The position numbers and the translations under genes were made by a program. From Octopus bimaculoides (lineage: Eukaryota), in assembly GCF_001194135.2 (NCBI RefSeq), contig NC_068996.1, positions 2,383,462 through 2,447,461 on the forward strand: a DNA stretch of 64,000 nucleotides, given 5' to 3'. Positions 51,591 to 64,000 of this stretch are shown here, in pieces (position 1 is the first letter of the stretch; the number at the start of each line of letters is the position of its first letter). Below the pieces are notes generated by a model, which saw only the letters and a program-made list of their open reading frames with translations, did no database searches and was not told where the DNA came from.

Positions 51591-52299
51591 CCACAAAAGC
51601 TATATATTCTATAAGTCATTCTCAGGTCTGAAATGATATTATTGTACTGATGCATTGCTGTGCTCTTAACTTTTGTTCTTGTTGCATAACTGACTTCAAC
51701 ATTATATAACCTTGCTTTTTATTGATGCATTAGTAGCCATGTTCATTTATAATGTACCGGAATTGCTTTGTATCAATGAAGGCTCAGCAATGAAGGATCC
51801 ATTGACAAACTTTCTATTTATAATGTAAATTCTAGACAAGTGAAATAAAATGGAGCACTTCAGTGTTGTTGAAGATTAGTTTGTTGGTTTTGTTTATGCT
51901 GCATTTCAAGGAATGTGCAGAAGACAGTGTGAATAAGAGATATAAGCTGTCCCAACTGGAGAGAGAAAATTAAAGAGGGAATTAAGTGAAACAGATCAAT
52001 GAAGAATTTAAATTGCATCAAAATTACATTTTTTAACATGAGTTTTCTACCACTTTACAATGCAACAAAACATTGCTTGTGAGAATTTAAAAAAAAATGT
52101 ATTAACAATTTCAGAAAAATTTAAAGAACCTTAAAAAACAAATATGTGTGGAGCCAATCAATGTATCTCTCCAGAACCATTAACATGTAGAATATCTCCT
52201 GAATCACATCTTATGATTTTTTTTTTTATTTTTAAGAAAGGAATGTTTCACAATACAATCCATATTTTACAAAATATAAAATGGTGATGACAAATACCT

Positions 52300-52532
52300 T
52301 TAACTCTCTATGCCAACTTGCCTCAGACTACTCCTGGTTTTATGACAAACATTCTGTTTTAAGGTAAACTAAATTAAAAACCTTCCCTTAAAATTTCTCT
52401 ATATATTATGTTCCAAACATCAGCTTAATAATGACTGATTGCTAAGTTCCTTATTGTTTTCAAAATTAATTAAAAAAAAAAATTAAAACAAAATAATGCA
52501 TTTCAAAAGAAACATGGTAATGAAATTGTTAA
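52300..52532 (-). mobile_element. piggyBac-like MITE family A, decayed
   Basis: Reverse complement of 44379-44606 with TTAA at both ends. Confidence 0.65.
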
Positions 52533-52829
52533 TCATTGGCCTTTATGTCTGGTTGACAAAGGTTTAATACTGGTGTCATGAAAATGGCACCCTGTACAAC
52601 ATGTATATATAGTGGGGTGGTGTTAGGAAGGACATTCATCTGCAGATACTATGCCAAAACTGAAATATTGGATTAAAATGTTACCCACCAACCTGTCGCA
52701 TCCTGCAACCCTTTCCCGAATGGGAAACATATGTAAATTGATGATAATGATATGTGCTTATGTACATGCATTATCATCATCATCACCATCATTTTAACAT
52801 CTGCCTTCCATGCTGGTGTGGGTGGTTTA

Positions 52830-52865
<36 letters not shown>

Positions 52866-53867
52866 AATAAATAACACTACATTGTGTTCTGTCTTACTGG
52901 ATCAAAGAAAATCTGGAATTCTTTACCATGTTTTTCATATATATACATACATACATAGAAAAAAAAAAAAAAAAGGAACANNNNNNNNNNNNNNNNNNNN
53001 NNNNNNNNNNNNNNNNNNNNNNNNNNNNNNNNNNNNNNNNNNNNNNNNNNNNNNNNNNNNNNNNNNNNNNNNNNNNNNNNNNNNNNNNNNNNNNNNNNNN
53101 NNNNNNNNNNNNNNNNNNNNNNNNNNNNNNNNNNNNNNNNNNNNNNNNNNNNNNNNNNNNNNNNNNNNNNNNNNCAACTTGAATTTTAGAAAAATAGTAT
53201 TCCCATAAAAAAAAAAAAAAAAAAATACAATTATTTATTTGAAAGCTCTTGGAAGAAAAGAAAAAGAAAAAAATATATTTGTATCAATCTGCTTAACACT
53301 ATATCTGTCTACACACACACACACTGTAAATTTGTTATGTCAGTATTCTCTTTCCCTCTGTCTTCAAAACCATTTCTTTTTTTGTCTTATTTTCTGTCTT
53401 CAAAATTTACCTATTTCTATTGCCCACTAAAATACCTTTCGCTTACCAAATATATTGTGTGTATGCGTGTGTGTGTGTGTGTTTGTGCACCTAAGTGTTG
53501 TGTATAATGTATATACATATATTTTGTCTCTGTGTTTGTGCACACATGTTCATTGTTAGGGGTGTTTCTGTTGGAGATGTGTATTTTGTCTTGGTGCTTG
53601 AGATGTATTTTTGTGAGTTTGTTTCCATATGCATGTCTGTGTTTCTTCGGCACATGTGTTGATTTCTATTGTCTGTTGTCCATCTTATAGAGTGAAGACA
53701 TTTTTCCGTGTTTATATAATAAGCAACAAAAGTCTTTTGAGAATTCCATGACCCAAGAATGTACTGGAGCTTAAGGTAAAATGCTTGTGCTTAAGAGTAC
53801 ATGAATGAAGACATTTTAATGCCATCATGGACCATTTTTTCTTTATTATTATTGTAGCAGATTTGTT

Positions 53868-54185
53868 AATGGCTGTGTGGTAAGAAGTTCACTTCCCGAC
53901 AACATGGCTTTAGGTTCAGTCCCACTGTGTGGCACTTTGGGAGAGTGTCTTCTACTGTAGCCCTAGGCCAACAAAATACTTGTGAGTGGGTTTGGTAGAC
54001 AGAATCTGAAAGAAGCCCATTGTATATATATATATGCATCTATGTGTGTTTGTCCCTTGCCCACTGCTTGACAACTGGTGTCGGTTTGTTTACATACCTC
54101 AACTTCATTTCATTGGACTAACACCTTCAAAGTACTGCCCCAGCATCGTTGCAGTCCACTACTGAAGTAAGTAAATAATAAAAGA
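53868..54185 (+). mobile_element. SINE family 1, near full length
   Basis: Head, central (TA)n and tail in order. Confidence 0.85.
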
Positions 54186-54199
54186 TAGATGAAGAGCCA

Positions 54200-55590
54200 G
54201 AACTAGAGGAGAAGTTTCAGGTGTTGAAGCAAGGTCTAGAATTTAAGGGCCTTAGAGTTAACCTAGGAAAAACCAAAGTCTTAGTAAGTAGGAAGGGTGA
54301 CAAATCACAAATTCCTTCAGGTAGATGGTCCTGCTTGATCTGTAGAAAAGGCATAGGTAGAAAGTTCGTAAGATGTACCTGGTGTAAGCTATGGGCACAA
54401 AAGTGGTGCAGCAATATCAGAGGAAGGTTAACAAGGAAAGTGGTTTTGCGTATGGAAGGTGCACAGTTACAATTAACACTAAAAATGTACAGAAATAGAC
54501 TCCGTTACATGCCTGGGTGAGTGGGGGGTGGGGTGGAACTAGTAGTAACCAATAGCTTCCATTACCTAGGTGACCAAGTCAGTAGCAGGGGTATGTGCTG
54601 TTAGAATAAGAGTAGGCTGCGTAAAGTTCAGAGAGCTCCCACCTCTGCTGGTGAAAGGCAGACTGTATGATGCCTGTGTGTGAACAACTGTACTACACAG
54701 CAGTGAAACATGGGCTGTAACTGCTGAGGACATGCGTAGGCTTTAAAGAAATGAATTTAATATGCTTCACTAGATGTGTAATGTCATTGTGCATACACAA
54801 CAAAGTATAACCGTCTTGAGAGAAAAGTTGGACATAAGAGGCATCATATGTGGTGTGCAAGAGAGACAACTGTGCTGATATGGTCATGTGATGTATATAG
54901 ACAAGGACAGCTGTGTGAAAAAGTGTCTCACTCAAACAGTGGAAGGAACCTGTGGAAGAGATAGATCCAGGAAGATATGTGATGAGGTGGTGAAACACGA
55001 TCTTCGAATGTTGGGCCTCACGAAGGCATTGACAAGTGATGGAGACCTTTGGTGATGTGCAGTGCATGAAAAGACCTGTTAAGCCAAGTAAGATAATAGT
55101 TGTGGCTGATGCCTGTGTTGCATAACTGGTACATTAAAAGCACCCTTCATACATTGAGTGACATGCTGCACTTGTGGAGACCTGTCAAGCCAAGTGAAAT
55201 CATAGTCATGGCTGATACTACTGCCATCTAACTGGTACCCATGCCAGTAGCATGTAAAAAGCACCGTTCGAATGTTGGGGCTCATGGAGGCAGTGACAAG
55301 TGACCAAGACCTTTGGAAATATACCGTGCTTGTGTAGACTTGTCAAACCAAGTGAGGCTGTAGTCATGGATCATGCTGGTATCAGGTCAGTGGCACCCAT
55401 GCCGGTGATGTGTAAAGAGCAACCACTACACTCTTGAAGTGGTTGGCATTAGAAAGGGCATCCAGCCTTAGAAACCTTGTCAAATCAGATCAGAACCTGG
55501 TGCAGCTCCTCGGCTTACCAGTTTTCAGTCAAACCATCCAACCCATGCCGGCATGGAAAACAGATGTTAAATGATGTTGATGATGAAGAA
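54200..55590 (+). mobile_element. 5'-truncated RTE LINE (RT thumb, PHD-like finger, C-terminus, 3' UTR, tail)
   Basis: KQGLEFKGLRVNLGKTKVLV, CLICRKGIG..VRCTWCKLW, FHYLGDQV, HSSETWAVTAED; frameshifted; ends GATGTTGATGATG. Confidence 0.92.
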
Positions 55591-55681
55591 GATGTTTTGC
55601 AAGCTTGAAGGTATCAACGTAATCACCTCTCATATTTGCTGGCATTGTACCTAAGCCAGGAAAATTATTATTATTATTATT

Positions 55682-56023
55682 GGCCAGTATGAACGGACCA
55701 ATTCTGAGAATACACCTATAGAAAAAAGGTAATGTAAAAGGAGAAAGGGCTCTCTACCCCTTTCTTATTTTTCTGACCAGGCTCCCGTGGCTTTTATGGG
55801 TTTTTCTGTGTAACTTTTCGAAGCGCCTCCCCCTATTGGGAGTTTTATTTGTTATATCTTTCTCCGTTTTTCCTCTGTTTACACGAACGTTTTCTACCTT
55901 TCGGACAAAACCCTTTGTAACCTTCGTCCTATCTTTGTCCTTACATGTTTTTGATTTATATTAGCCCTTGTGACCAATAAAACAGAATTAATTATTATTA
56001 TTATTATTATTGTTATTATTATT
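55682..56023 (+). mobile_element. Short young Tx1-like LINE 3' end flanked by (ATT)n
   Basis: ASMNGPILRIHL* then a CpG-retaining 3' UTR ending GCCCTTGTGACCAATAAA-(ATT)n; (ATT)6 at the 5' side. ORF2 assignment is by recognition. Confidence 0.6.
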
Positions 56024-56258
56024 AAGGTGGTAAGCTGGCAGAATTGTTAGCACATCAGGCAAAATGCTTAGTGGCATTTCATCCATCTTTACATTGTGAA
56101 TTAAAATTCTGCCGAGGTTGGCTTTGCCTCTCATCCTTTTGGGGTTGATAAATTAAATACCAGTGAAACATGAGAGTCAATGTAATCGACTATCTCGTCC
56201 CCCGAAATTTCAGGTTTTGTACCTAATGTAGAAAGGATTATTATTATTATTATTATTA
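56024..56258 (+). mobile_element. SINE family 2, full length, CpG-decayed, (ATT)n tail
   Basis: GGTGGTAAGCTGGCAGAATTGTTAGC...GAAAGGATTATTATT. Confidence 0.85.
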
Positions 56259-56714
56259 AACATTTGTATTTTTTCATACTATATATTGCATGAGAAATGA
56301 TTTTTCACAACTATCAAATTAATATCTGTGTGTGAATTAGCTTAACATCTTGTACTCGTGTTTTCTATAAAACTGTAAGCCATTAGCCTCTCAGCAAAAG
56401 TGGAAGATTTTAACCATTTTACTTTGGAAATGAGATATATCCACTCAAAAGTAGTTTTATGTAGCAATCTATCTTTTGTTGCGGAAAATCATGTTCGAAG
56501 CTATTTTCTGTTGAGATGTGTCAAGTTTACTGAAGCAAGATGACTCACAGAAAATACCACTTCTATATTTTTTTGATAAACATTGAACATCATGACTGAA
56601 ATAACCATGAAATTTAATTTTGCAGTTGAAGGGTTAAACAAAAACTGATAAAAGGTAGCCATTCTTAATCAGGTGTTTCCATTAACTATGTCATTTTCCA
56701 ACATGTATGTAGGA

Positions 56715-57042
56715 ACAGGCCTTGCTTTGTGGTAAGAAGTTTGCTTCCCAACCACATGGTTCTGGGTTCAGAACCATGTGCTTGATGGAAGCTGAAAGAA
56801 GCCTGCATTATATATATATATGTATGTATGTATTTGTGTGTCTGTGTTTGTCCCCACACCATCACTTGACAACTGATGTTGGTGTGTTTACGTCCCCATA
56901 ACTTAGCAGTTTAGCAAAAGAGACCAATAGATTAAGTACCAGGCCTACAAAGAATAAGTCCTGGTGTCGATTTGTGCAACTGAAGACAGTGTTCAAGCAT
57001 GGCTGCAGTCAAATAACGGAAATTAGTAAAAGAATAAAGAAT
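56715..57042 (+). mobile_element. SINE family 1 with internal deletion and fold-back
   Basis: Head truncated at a 12-bp inverted repeat (56753-56780); intact tail. Confidence 0.85.
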
Positions 57043-59206
57043 ACCTTCAAAATTTATCTCATAAAATGTTAAGTTTTATATAAGAACGTTATAAAATTTA
57101 TGAACTGAGATAGCAGCAGCAGCAGCAACAGACACAAATGTTCTAAATTATATTCAGAAAGTAGCTATCTGATCAACTGGCATGTTGTGATTTACCAATA
57201 CGTTCTACCCTTCAGTCCACAGTCATGATGTTACTTTGTTTTCCATTTCTACTGTTACCCAAAAAGTAACCTCTACTCTCTGAAATTGGCTAGTTTTGTA
57301 CTACATTCACCCATACATACTTGATTCACTTATTTCTCTTCTTCTCATCACCCACAATAACATCTGCTGTCCCTCACTAACCAATATCTTAAAGTGCTTA
57401 TCCTCAGAACATCAGCCTCCACGGAAGCTTGCTCTTCTCATAATTTTTCTGCAGTCATTAACTTAGAGTTGATTATCAAGTAAACATTAATCCTGTTAAG
57501 CTTAGCTTATCTCTGAGAACCGGCAAGGGAAATAGGCACAGTCCTTCCTCCAGATGGAACCATTAAATAGAAAAGAATACTGATAGTTCTGGTGTTAAGT
57601 TTAGGAAAAATAAATAAATAAAGATCTTTGTATTACAAATAAATGTCACCCTTGGCTTTTAAAAGGTTTTTAGAAACAGTGAATAGTTTCTGAACTAAAC
57701 TCTACACCCAACTGGGTACGAGTCTGTTTTTGATAACTTTTACTGTTTACATTCAAAGGAACATCTGGTACTTATTCCTTAAGCTTGGTGACTGGATGAA
57801 TAAAGAATTTATTGTATGTATTAGTGCATCCATGTGCTGTACCTGGAGACAATGAACCCCCACCCCCAGATGAGACTAATGCATTTTACCTATTCAAATG
57901 ACTTCTCTATTAGCCAATTTATTCAACCAATTTTGGTGTTACTCTTTGCAAACAAAACAAAATAAATAAATAAAAGAGTGAGAGAAAGAGGAAAAAGAAA
58001 AGGGAAAAAGGAAGGAAGAAAATGCACCTTGACCACCCATTTTTCCTTTTCTTTAATATAAAACAACAGCTACTTTATCTAACCAACAGGAATCACAAGC
58101 TTGCTGCAAATCCCAAGATTTTATATGAGCATCCTAATACCTGGGTATATAATTGTATTTCTGTTGTTTTAATATATGTCCCTTTTCCTCTGTTCAACAT
58201 TTTCTTTTAAGACTTGCTAGTATTCCTTTTTATAGTCTCTTCACTCTGGCCGTTGCCTCCTCCTCCTCCTCCTGTAATATTCCTCATCCACCCTGTCACC
58301 TCCTGCCTGAGTTTCATTCTTCAGTACAAACAGACAGTTCATCTCTCTTCAAAAGTATATCAGACTCTGAAGAATCTGAGACAGATTCTTCTTCATGGTA
58401 TAAAACATAATCAGCTGTTTGGCTTATTTCTATCACATTTTGTTAATGCTAAACATTACTAGTTTCTTTGAATTCTATTGTTTGACTATATATTAATTAT
58501 TGTAGTTAGTTCAGTGTACAAGGCCTTAAAGAGATTTAATGTGCTGGCATTTGATCAGTGTATGGTTAACTCTGTAATTACTGAGGTACAGCTTGTAAAA
58601 CATGAAAATATTTTACTAAAGTTAAATAAATTAGTCTAAATATTTTAAATGGAATAAATTATCTTGTTTTGTTTCAATCAAGTCTGGAGAAAGAAATATA
58701 CAAATAAATATATAAAATGGAAAACAAATTAACACAACTGCAGGAATAAATAAGATAGATATAAAGTAAAATAAATCTACTATATAAAAAAACAAAAATT
58801 CAAAAGTTCAATTAATTTTAATAGGAAAATATGGAAGCAGTTCCTTAAGTAGACAAATTAAATTTATTAAGCATTTGATGAATGAAATATATTACAAAAT
58901 TACTTCATCTGACAAGGAAATAATAATCAGAGAATTGGAATTATGTCTTCATAATTCTGTTTATAAAAGTCCTTGAAATAATTATTGTTAATTATCATTT
59001 TGAATATCTTCTCAAAATGATGAAGAATATCTTCTGTTCCAGACAGTAGACATGTGTTTAAATAAAATTAAAACATTAATAAAATATAATATAAAACATA
59101 CAATTCATACCAGAATATTTAAATGTAATTAATCAAGTAATCCTTTTTTTCTTCTTTAAATTGTTTATTTTTTTCTTTATGCATGTGTGCACACAAATAC
59201 ACACAA

Positions 59207-59253
<47 letters not shown>

Positions 59254-60637
59254 AATAATTGAATGTAATTTAGCTCTAAAAGTACACCGCGATAAAATTG
59301 CTTCCAAAGTAGTTAAAACATAAAAACCAATCATAGGAAGTTCAAGAACAAAGTAAGTGATTGTCTGGAAGATTTCCAAAGACTAGTAAATAGTTACAAT
59401 TTCTTCATTGGAATATCCTGCTGTAAAACACAATATATAATTACTGATGGCAGTAATCCTGCTGCTAATGATTGCAAAGACAGCAAAGCAACAACTGTGT
59501 ACACACACACACACACACACACACACATGCATACTTATATCACACACACATTATATTTTATAAATTATTTTTTTTCTGTAGAATTTAAGAATAGAATTAA
59601 AACTTTTATGCAAAAATAAAAGAGGCAAGTAAAAAAAAAAAAGAAACAAAACCAAACTCTCAATGCAAAATGTTGATGCTTATGATATATAAGTAGCGTT
59701 TATAGCAGGAAACACCCAAAGATGAGGTTACAACGAAAATGTGTGGCGTGACATTCAAAGAAATAAGCAAGAAATTGCCAAGCAAATTTTTCAAGTGGAT
59801 GAAGAAATAGACACACACACACACACATACACACGCAAGTACATATATGTACACACACACATACACACACACATACACACGCAAGTACATATATGTACAC
59901 ACACACACACACACACACACTATATACATAAATACATAATATACATATACATTTATATATGCCTATGTATATGTTTGTCTAAATATATAGATACATACAT
60001 ATATATATTAAAACTATGGTACCTACCTATTTTTGTGTCACACTCCAAACTATGGAACAAAATTGTTAGCAAGATTTCACATTATTTCTAAGACAATTGA
60101 CTGATGAACTATGGGAAGAAATTTCAGAAAGAATCCACTAGATACAACATTCACATAAATTATATTATTCATAAATATTTATATTCAGAAAGTAGCATAC
60201 ATATATATTTATGTAATGTATGTATGTGTGTGTGTGTGTGTATGTTTATATATATAATGTTATATTTATATATATTGTCATCATCATTTAATGTCCGTTG
60301 TCCATGCTGGTATGGGTTGTACATATATATATATGTAGATATGTTTATATATATATATATATAGATGTATGTATGTATACAAGTACAAGAGATACAGAGA
60401 AGTTCAACTCAGGTAGACTATGATTGGTGTATACATATACGGATTTAATGTGATAGAGTTGTCTAAGACATATATTAATACATTCGGAATATTAAGATAT
60501 AGAAATATAAAATATATGAATGTTAAAAATATGCAAGGATAAATAAATATATAGATATAGAAACATAATAGAGTATAGATAAAAAATATAGATAAGAATA
60601 ATGAAATATAGAAAGACATGCTTCCTATGCTTTTCTA

Positions 60638-60712
<75 letters not shown>

Positions 60713-60739
60713 GTATATATATATGTGTGTGTACATATA

Positions 60740-60925
60740 TATATAGTTGAAATTTACAGAAAAACAAGGCGACAGGTGTATGAACAACACGCACGTGTAT
60801 TTATTTGACACTCGGGGAAAAATGAATAAGTCTTTTACGTTTCAAGCGTACGCTCTTCAACAGAAACAAATAAGAGAAAATAAACAGAGAGAGAATTTAA
60901 AAAATGACTTGTGTATTTAGCAGTC
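60740..60925 (-). mobile_element. Penelope-like terminal repeat fragment with decayed minimal hammerhead
   Basis: Minus GTTT-CTGTTGA-A-GAGC-GTAC-GCTT-GAAAC-GTA-AAA at 60867-60833; embedded in (CA)n/(TA)n. Confidence 0.55.
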
Positions 60926-61449
60926 AAGCATGGCGTGTTTATATATGTATATGTTTATATATATATGTATATAAAGGATATGTGGGGTTTAGTACACTGG
61001 TCATCTAAATGAATAGCCACGCTGAGTAACTTTTATAATTGGTCATCTGTTAGGTTCCAAGTTCACAACTGAGGCTTGAACTAGGGATTCATATTAAGCT
61101 TCCATATCAGCAGGTATACATTAGTGTTTTTTGTGGGCTAAACCCACTCAGATACTCAAATTTATACTTATTTACCTATAGACTTATTTGTATGTGTGTG
61201 TGTGTGTGCGTGTGTTTTACATGCACACACGTGTATGAGTGAGGTACTTAACTCAATTAGTATGAGTTATATATGTTATTAAAAAAAAAAAGACAGTTTG
61301 GTTCAGCCCTATGCAACTGAATTTTTACAGGAATTGTGTTTGTTGTAGGAACCTAGATCTTCATGCCCATTTGGTTACCTGAACCCAAACAGCTAAGTTC
61401 AAGTAACCACCCTAAAAAACTTTTAAGTTGTACATAATGTATATGTATG

Positions 61450-61486
<37 letters not shown>

Positions 61487-61489
<3 letters not shown>

Positions 61490-61662
61490 AGCTTTTACTT
61501 GTTTCAGTCACCAGACTGCAGCCAAGCTCAGGCATCGCCTTGAAGAATTTAGAGTCAAATGTATCGAACCCTAATACTTGTTTTTTTATGAAGTCAGGTA
61601 CTTATTATATCGGTCTCTTTTGCCAAACTGCTAAGTTACAGGGACATAAACATACCAACACT
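61487..61662 (-). mobile_element. SINE family 1 tail
   Basis: Reverse complement GTTGGTATGTTTATGTCCCTGTAACTTAGCAGTTTGGCAAAAGAGACCGAT...GACTGAAACAAGTAAAAG. Confidence 0.85.
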
Positions 61663-63060
61663 GATGCTTCTTAGGTTCAACTTTTCTCTCAAGGTACTTA
61701 CACTCTGTCTAGTATGTACACTGACATTACACATCCATCGGAGCATACTGGCTTCATTCCTTGAGAGCCTACACATGTCTTCGGCAGTCACGGCCCATGT
61801 TTCACTGCCATGAAGCATGGCTGTTCGTACACATGCATCATACAGTCTGCCTTTTACTCTGAGTGAGAGGCCCTTTGTCACCAGCAGAGGTAAGAGCTCT
61901 CCGAACTTTGCCCAGGCTATTCTTATTCTNNNNNNNNNNNNNNNNNNNNNNNNNNNNNNNNNNNNNNNNNNNNNNNNNNNNNNNNNNNNNNNNNNNNNNN
62001 NNNNNNNNNNNNNNNNNNNNNNNNNNNNNNNNNNNNNNNNNNNNNNNNNNNNNNNNNNNNNNNNNNNNNNNNNNNNNNNNNNNNNNNNNNNNNNNNNNNN
62101 NNNNNNNNNNNNNNNNNNNNNNNNNNNNNNNNNNNNNNNNNNNNNNNNNNNNNNNNNNNNNNNNNNNNNNNNNNNNNNNNNNNNNNNNNNNNNNNNNNNN
62201 NNNNNNNNNNNNNNNNNNNNNNNNNNNNNNNNNNNNNNNNNNNNNNNNNNNNNNNNNNGTGTCCATAGCTTGCACTGGATGCATCTTATAGAGTTTCTAC
62301 CTATGCCTTTTCTACAGATCGAGCAGGGCCATCTACCTGAAGGTGTTTGTGTTTTCTCTACCTTCCTACTTATTAGGACTTTGGTTTTAGCTAGGTTGAC
62401 TCTAAGGCCCTTCAATTCTAGTCCTTGCTTCCACACCTAAAACTTCTCCTCTAGTTCTGATAGTGACTTAGCAATTAGTGCAAGGTCATCAGCATAGAGA
62501 AGCTCCCAGGGGCATCCTGTCTTGAACTCCTCTGTGATTGCCTGGAGGACTATGATAAATAGGAGGAGGCTGAGGACTGAACCTTGGTGGACCCCTACCT
62601 CTACCCGGAGTTCTTGACTGTACTCATCGCCAACCCTCACCTTACTGACACCGTATCTGCACATGGCTCACACAGCTCTCACTAACCATTCTTCTATCCT
62701 TAGTTTCCTCATTGACCAACAGATAAGAGGTATTTCTCCTGAAGCTGTCTTACCAGAAATATAGCATCAGTGGTGCCTTTCCCAGGCACGAACCCAAACT
62801 GTATCTCATCTAGACTGACCCTCTCCATGAGTAGTTGGGCTATGACCCTCTGTGTGACTTTCATTGCCTGATCTAACAACTTGATACCTCTGCAATTATT
62901 TGTATCTAAAGCGTCACCTTTACTATGGTGCTGCTACACCAGTCATTGGATATGACTCCTTCGTGTATCACCTGGTTAACAATATAGGTGACTAGGCTAT
63001 AGCCAACACTGCCAGATTCCTGATGGGCCAGGGGCCTTCTCTGTCTTCATACTCTTAATT
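61663..63060 (-). mobile_element. RTE LINE ORF2: reverse transcriptase plus PHD-like finger, both ends truncated
   Basis: KAPGPSGI, RGIKLL, QFGFVPGKGTTDAIF, GVHQGSVLS, LLYADDL, GLRVNLAKTKV, CSICRKGIG, LHGSETW in order; one stop (W>*) at 62437-62439. Confidence 0.95.
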
Positions 63061-63114
63061 GCTTTATATATATATATATATATGAAAAAGTTAAAACTTA
63101 CTGCATAAAGGTTA

Positions 63115-63352
63115 ACTTGTGCGTTCTGTTGTGATACAAACAATATATGAGTATATGCATATATATGTACATGTATGTATATACCTTCATCCACATGTAC
63201 ATATAGATACATAACTGGGTACATGACGTGGCAAAAGAACATGGACAAAATGGTAAACAAGGTGCAACAAACAAGCAGGCCACATAGAAACATCTCCTTC
63301 ATCAGCTGCCACCATTAAAACCCCGGCGTTTCGAAGAATTAAGGCTGTACGC
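63115..63352 (-). mobile_element. Penelope-like 'CTGATGAAG' family copy
   Basis: Minus TTCTTCGAAACGCCGGGGTTTTAATGGTGGCAGCTGATGAAGGAGA; homologous to 27221-27420. Confidence 0.6.
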
Positions 63353-63354
63353 AG

Positions 63355-63865
63355 GCGGCACTGGCAACGGCCACGCCCAAAATGGTGCATTTCATGCGTC
63401 ACCCGCGCATGAGCCAGTCCGGGGGCACTGGCAACGGACTCGCTCGAAAAATTTCATGTGTCACCCGCACAAGAGCCAGTCCAGGGGCACTGGCAATGAT
63501 CTCAATTGAAAATCCCCTGAAGGCCAGCCAGGCGGCATTGGCAACGGTCACGCCCAAAATGGTGCATTTCATGTGTTGCCTGCACATGAGCCAGTCCAGG
63601 GGCACCGGCAACGATCCCACTTGAAGGTCCATACACATGCTGCGGGCACAAGTGCCAGAAAGGGGACGCTGGGCACAGGTGCCATCACGATTTCGATTTC
63701 GCTTGCCTCAATAAGTCTTTGCAACCTGAGTTTCGTATCTAATGAAGGAGATGGCGTTGGCACGGGTGCCAGTCGTCGAATTTAACTCGATTTTGATTTC
63801 ACTTGCCTCAACAGGTCTTTGCAAGTGGAGTTTAGTGTCCAATGAAGGAAGGTACGCATAAGTGG
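63355..63865 (-). mobile_element. RTE 3' UTR with about five tandem ~65-bp modules, tail missing
   Basis: Reverse complement of the 34603-35160 and 50581-50900 modules. Confidence 0.88.
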
Positions 63866-64000
63866 ACTGGCTGAGGCTATATATATATATATCCCACTGA
63901 TTCTTATGGTAAACTCTATAAATACTGATAAGGCAAATTTCAGCTTCACCACTTGCAGTGAGGTAAGCATTACTGATGACCATTAATTTCCATGCAAAAT

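Overview
AT-rich animal genomic DNA from a fragmented assembly (10 N-gaps, most abutting microsatellites). The repeat set (two tRNA-derived SINE families, RTE LINEs with (GAT)n tails, Tx1/L1 and R4/Dong LINE ends, TTAA-flanked MITEs) is most consistent with a cephalopod, probably Octopus; this comes from my recognition of the repeats, not from a search. No intact host CDS is identifiable: every long ORF in the track is microsatellite, N-gap or transposon relic. Recognisable relics are R4/Dong, Tx1 (three 3' ends), several RTE pieces (two with reverse transcriptase plus a PHD-like finger), an AP-endonuclease LINE fragment, a CR1-like end, pogo and maT-like transposases, and hAT-, piggyBac- and Merlin-like MITEs. 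CpG is common in the first ~3 kb and decayed in older repeats downstream, suggesting a methylated gene body whose short exons I can only propose as candidates. The most interesting signal is two type I hammerhead-ribozyme-like motifs with intact cores (5110-5199 +, 6093-6151 -) that share an unusual A.A pair at the base of stem II. There is also a decayed third motif (60831-60867 -) and a Penelope-like family carrying permuted hammerhead halves, found three times inside the central (TA)n of one SINE family.
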